The position numbers were made by a program, and so were the translations under genes. 64,000 nucleotides of DNA from Podarcis tiliguerta (lineage: Eukaryota), in NCBI GenBank assembly GCA_965153285.1, contig OZ229122.1. The stretch is one strand, 5' to 3'. Positions within the stretch are counted from its first letter, which is position 1; each line of letters opens with the position of its first letter. Below the pieces are notes generated by a model. It worked only from the letters and a program-made list of their open reading frames with translations, had not been told where the DNA came from and did not search any database. Positions 62,366-64,000 of the stretch are shown in pieces.

Positions 62366-62450
62366 ACACTACCCAAAGCAGTCCTTCACTATGGTGGCAG
62401 ACACTCCAGAAAACCTGCGCCTTAAACAGCAGAGCGAGCTTCAGAGTCAA
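62366..62450 (+). CDS. LASP1: LASP1 coding exon 3 ([28 protein letters not shown]), end of LIM / start of nebulin repeat; gene continues beyond the window
   Basis: Identical to the human LASP1 peptide (FTMVAD; LASP2 has FTTVAD); acceptor cctctttgcag, donor gtaagg; phases consistent. Confidence 0.96.
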
Positions 62451-64000
62451 GTAAGGCTATTAAAGTTTCTTCACATGTTGCTTACTGTACTGCTATATTC
62501 TCTCAGTTACAGTATTTTCCTCAGTGATCTTCTGAAAACAGCACCCAAAGAGGATGTGTGTATATTCAACCTCTTTTAAAAATAGAACTCTCTCCTTAGC
62601 TGTCAGAAAGGAAAACTACTAAAATATTGCCTGAGGAAATGAAATTATCAAAGCTGAAATGAAATTAACAAGCTCTGACAAGCATCCCCCCTACAAACAG
62701 ATGATATTTATGATCCAATAATTGATGGACAAGAATTTGAAGCACCAACAAAAAAAAGAAAGAAGCAGCAGCAGCTGAGGAATCTGGAGAAATGGAAGGA
62801 GTTGCAGATTAAAATGTACCCAATAAAACTGCTCAAAGTGTAAAGTGCAGGCTGCAAGTGTGCAGTAATTAGGTGAGCAAATAAGTTGTGGTGTAGCACA
62901 CAAGCCAAGCACTCTAGAATATTATAGTCAAGATGGGGATAAAATGAAGGCGGAGCAGTATGGCCAGAAATTAAGTGGCATTGGGGGATGAGATCAATGA
63001 GTTTCATACCCTGAACAAAGTACTGGCTGCCATAGTCAACTCTGAGGACTACAGGACACAAATTAGTTTTCACATAGCACACTCTATCTTGATCATAATG
63101 GCACCTCAGGATGCATTCATCCTTTAGCCTGTTTCTTCGCTGTAAGTGGGTAGACAAATAATCTGCTGCACAGGTTTGTTGGAAGGCTGGGCAAATGACT
63201 GGAAAGCTCTTTGCCTGCTAGAAATGCGAGAGAAGGTTACCAGAGCAAGAATAGAATCTGGGATGTTGTACATTGTGTATAACATCAGTGAGGAACCTTT
63301 AGCTCATGGACCTAATTAGTGCTAATTTGGCCCATGAAGCTGCTTCCCCCAAACTGCACGTACCTGATGTTATATGTGATGTCATGTGTGGGGCAAGTAA
63401 GTATGCAGCTGCAAAGGAACTATCAAGAGCATACTTTGTTTCCGATGGTTCCTTGGCAAAGCAGAAAACCCTGATTGGTCAACTGGTCAGTGGGCCCCAT
63501 TTGCAGATACAGTTTGAATTCAAGCCATGCCTGCAAACAGTTTTCTCTGTGGATCAGTTTTGAAGCCATCTTTGTAAATCTGCAGAGCAAAGTGTCCATT
63601 TGTAGGCATACTTTGAATCTCAGCCACTCCTGAAAATGACAAAGCAGTGCTTGCTGTCGGTGGCAGTCAACTAATTGTCTAGATAGTGAGTCCAGTTCCC
63701 TGGTGCATAGTATGCTTAGTGACCTTTAGTTGAGGAGGAGTGGGCAGGGTGCATAGAGTACCTACTTGGTAGAGGAGGGAGACATTTCTTCCCTGTGAGT
63801 GGGTGACAAGAACCGCCTAAAAGAAAAGCAGTTATCCTGGAATGTCCAACTAGAGGATGCTGCTTGGTGCTTTAAATATTAATAGTGACAGTTTATTATT
63901 GGTATCTCTCCCTCTGAGGGGTGTGATAATTTATCCTGTCCTATGCCCTACTTGACTAGGAATTGTTATGAGCCACAAGAAACATTGGATAGCTTGAGGA

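Noticed and set aside
36690-62450. LASP2/NEBL instead of LASP1
   Set aside because: Diagnostic residues (KIVY, FWHKAC, MTLNMKN, FTMVAD) are LASP1-type.

Overview
Vertebrate genomic DNA from a squamate reptile, probably a lacertid lizard (inferred from multiple Sauria-type SINEs with (ACCTTT)n tails). Three spliced protein-coding genes are present. (1) The 3' part of SCAF1 (+; seven coding exons at 291-11205, including a 3,075-nt RS-rich exon and the C-terminal SRI domain). (2) A complete IRF3 (-; coding exons 26063 to 15840, putative promoter near 27.5 kb), tail-to-tail with SCAF1 as in mammals. (3) The first three coding exons of LASP1 (+; ATG at 36690 in a CpG island). Introns and intergenic DNA are packed with Sauria SINEs, Tc1/mariner- and hAT-type MITEs, CR1/L2/L1 fragments, a solo LTR and microsatellites. 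The most notable observations are these. IRF3 carries a tandemly duplicated, frame-symmetric 111-nt exon covering the segment just before the IAD, which includes the N-terminal autoinhibitory helix region. Its promoter has an IRF-E/ISRE-like site and a kB-like site, suggesting fish-like inducibility. BCL2L12 and RPL23 are not seen and IRF3 sits next to LASP1, implying a synteny break. LASP1 intron 2 contains a ~1-kb composite hAT element (one left end, two right ends, one TSD pair) enclosing extra DNA. All homology calls are from recalled sequences, not database searches.
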